Positions 61,370 to 64,000 of a DNA stretch of 64,000 bases are shown in pieces. Numbering within the stretch: position 1 is the stretch's first letter; every line of letters begins with the position of its first letter. The translations under genes and the position numbers were made by a program. The stretch is from Psammoneis japonica (taxonomy: Eukaryota): the NCBI GenBank assembly GCA_008632985.1, contig QPGO01000207.1:1-64000 (forward strand). The letters are read 5' to 3'. The notes beneath the pieces were generated by a model. The model was not told the DNA's origin, ran no database searches, and saw nothing but the letters and a program-made list of their open reading frames with translations.

Positions 61370-63450
61370 CACCTCATGTTCCTTGTTCCCAATTCACCAA
61401 TTCAAGCACTTGACGTCCTTTGCTGGCAATGCAAAAGGGTGGTTGGAATCAAAGATCCAACCATGGTGCAAGGCAATGCAGTGGTTGTTCACAAGATGGC
61501 ACAAAGTTATGAAGCCATCATTGCAGGTCATCACATCAAATTCACCACCCGCTTCCAAGGAAATTGTTTGATCCACACTGCCGCAAAACCCAATGTTTGA
61601 GTTTGCAGGTGGGAATTTTCCCTTCAAATGACCACCCAACATGTGCTTTGCAAACAACATGCACTTGTTGTCAGTGTTGGCACAGTTGGCAGATGTTTGA
61701 ATGTGAGAATCAATGCAGTCTCTCATTTCCATGTCGCCAGCACAATCAAGAACACTGGCCAGGGACAGACAAAAAAATGCAAGTGTCGTTTTGTCCTTGC
61801 AGGAATTTCACAGGTGGGCCGCTCGTCGGCAAGTTGCTGTTCAATGGCATCAATGCATTTCCTTCCGGCAAGGAGCAAAAACCATCCAATGGCTTCAGTG
61901 CTTTTAAATCATTCCACACATCTGGAAACCGAAACTTGAAATTGCACTCAGCCCAATCTGGGGTTGCACACATGGGACAGTTCCCCTCCAAGCTGCAGCC
62001 AATGAAATCAGCACCCCACCCAACAGGTGGAAGTTTTTGAATCTCCGCTTCAGTCAATCTCTTCAGTTTGGCAATCTGTGGTGGGTTGCAAATTGATTGC
62101 ACCTTGTTCTTAATCTTGTTCCTGCATTTTCGATTGAGTTGCATGGGAACGTTTGGTTTGTGTTTGGCACGTGCGATGAGGGCCACACACACATGTCCAT
62201 GGGATGGCCGTTCATTTCATTGTGTTGCACATCAAACCATTTTTCCCACAACATGACACCCTTGTTTTTTTCTTGAAAGCAACCAAACAAGTGAGGAACA
62301 ACTCCTTTGGAATCACCAGGATGCTGATGCCTGCTGTTCCATGAACTTGGATCAACCCAAGTGAGTTTTTTAACCCGCAACATCACTTGAGCGTCTTTGC
62401 ACTCACAATCAAGTTGATCCCTTTCTTCTTGGTGTTGCTGCTCTTTGCTCAACCAACACCATGAAGTGGCTCCTTTTGCCTTTGGTTTTGGCCCAGAGCT
62501 GTGAAGGCCAATGAGATCCTCATCCTTGCTCACTCCAGTTGTGTCTTTCTTCATGAGCTTCACATCATGTCTGTGACATGCATCTCCCACTCTCTCCCTC
62601 TTCTCTGCCTTTGTGTCTCCAAGTGCTGAGTCTTCTGCACCCTTGGCTTTGTCAACTTCTTCCTGGTCACCATCTTCCTCCTCGTCCTCAGTTGATTCAG
62701 CCATGGCCCCACCTTGACCTTGCTCCTCCTGGATTTTGTCTCACACACCATCATCTTCCTCCTTTTCCTCAGTTGATTCATCCATGGCCCCACCTTGATC
62801 TTGCTCCTCCTGGTTTTGTCTCACAGTTGCAACCTTGCAGTGGCAGCCTCGGCCTTTTGCAGGTCATCCATCACTTCAGTGCCCTCCTTCCCCTCTTCCT
62901 TTTCCTCCCCCAACTCTGCCTTCATCCTTGCATCACAGACACTGGCATGATCCATGCAACGATGGCAATGAATCCTTCTGCAAAACTTGTGCCATGCAAG
63001 TCCTGGAGCTGCCTTGCACCAGTCAGCAAGGTGAGCAAGCAGCTCTTTGCAGCAGCCCTTCCTGCTTGGTCTGGCGGGGAAGTGAACTTCAAAGATGTGT
63101 TTGTCTTCGGTGACGGCCTCCACTGACTCAGAGCATTGTTGCAGCTTGAAGTCTTTGTCTTCACTGCCAGAGGGAATCCGCAACATGTGGTTGCACCACC
63201 AACCTGCAACAATGTCAAACAATGCCTCTGATGGCAGTGTCTCACCAGGGTTGCATGGTCCAAATGAGAAAACCTTCCGGCAGCCAATCATGCAACTTGT
63301 GGGCACTTTGCATTTTACGTCGGTGGGAAGTTTGGCAATGCAGGGATCTTCCTCCATGTCATCGTCCAACTGTTCAAGCTTCTCCTTTTTGCAATGCTTG
63401 TTGTGAAAAACACAATCATCACTGTTGTCCACGTTGCCCTTCTTCAACTT
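61370..63450 (-). pseudogene. Decayed transposon accessory gene with a putative papain-fold peptidase C-terminus
   Basis: FLQGQNDTCIFLS ... NHCIAL...WIFDSN give Q/C/H/D in papain-fold order. Upstream acidic/basic region contains an 81-bp in-frame repeat. Confidence 0.45.
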
Positions 63451-64000
63451 CTCACAGCTGATTTGCTCTTGACGGAAAAGCTGCCCCCTTGTGAAACCTT
63501 TTCTTTTTGCAAAAGCTCAAAAGAAGTGACACAGCACACATGCCAGAGCCCTCCAACTCCATTGCACGTGTGTGGTGTGAGCCTGCAGCCCCTCATTTTG
63601 GCAAAAACAGCCTCTCAACCACAGGCAGTGGCAAAACCACCAGTGCACAAGTGGAGCAAGTGCCTTGTTTTTTTCGGTTGCCAAAACCACTCTTTTCACA
63701 TCAAGAAAATGCATCTCTCAACCAACAAAGTTTCAATGCGGTTTTGATTCCGAGTGGATCTGCGTCATTTTGGTCGTGCACTTTGCGAAGATGACGGGTG
63801 AAGTTCCGAATGGCATTTGGGAAGTTGAAGGTTAGACAGAAAGTTGTCGTGTCGTCAGTGTGTTTGCTGACATGTCAGAAAGGCCCATCACCTAATTCTT
63901 GATGACGTGTCTCAATTTTTTGAGACACTCGATCAACGTCAGAACGGTTGACGAATCTGCAGTGCGCATTTTTTGATGACTGGCTGGCGGAAAGCGAGTT

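Larger units (their letters stand above)
54790..64000. mobile_element. Block of hypermutated DNA-transposon sequence, running off the window end
   Basis: Near absence of TA and, centrally, CG. Contains a transposase remnant and internal duplications (56640/56876, 57420/59120, 58323/58671, 62671/62752). Confidence 0.85.

Overview
Eukaryotic, gene-dense DNA with short GT-AG introns and bipartite plastid presequences, most likely from a diatom (inference). About 16 ordinary host genes are present: a thylakoid-lumen protein, RGP1-like, EF-hand PPP phosphatase, ENY2, mTERF, sulfatase, BRCT protein, TIM10, coiled-coil protein, zinc finger, TMEM65-GAF, LRR kinase, SLD5, BTB, EMC2 and a 2OG-Fe(II) dioxygenase. 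There are also two decayed gene copies (DUF885, eIF5B), a Ty1/copia element with both LTRs and a TSD (42427-48802), and two long blocks of ruined transposon DNA (~8.1-17.9 kb and ~54.8 kb to the window end). The striking signal is confined to transposon DNA: TpA is almost eliminated by A-to-G transitions on both strands (TA->TG or TA->CA). In the copia element conserved Tyr codons have become His or Cys, and all LTR-LTR substitutions fall in TA/TG/CA/CG dinucleotides. Surviving TpA is mostly in YTAR context. This looks like a RIP-like but adenine-directed hypermutation of repeats, acting ahead of and beyond ordinary CpG decay. Several host genes have 1-bp homopolymer frameshifts that are probably assembly errors. 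All counts are manual and no database searches were run.
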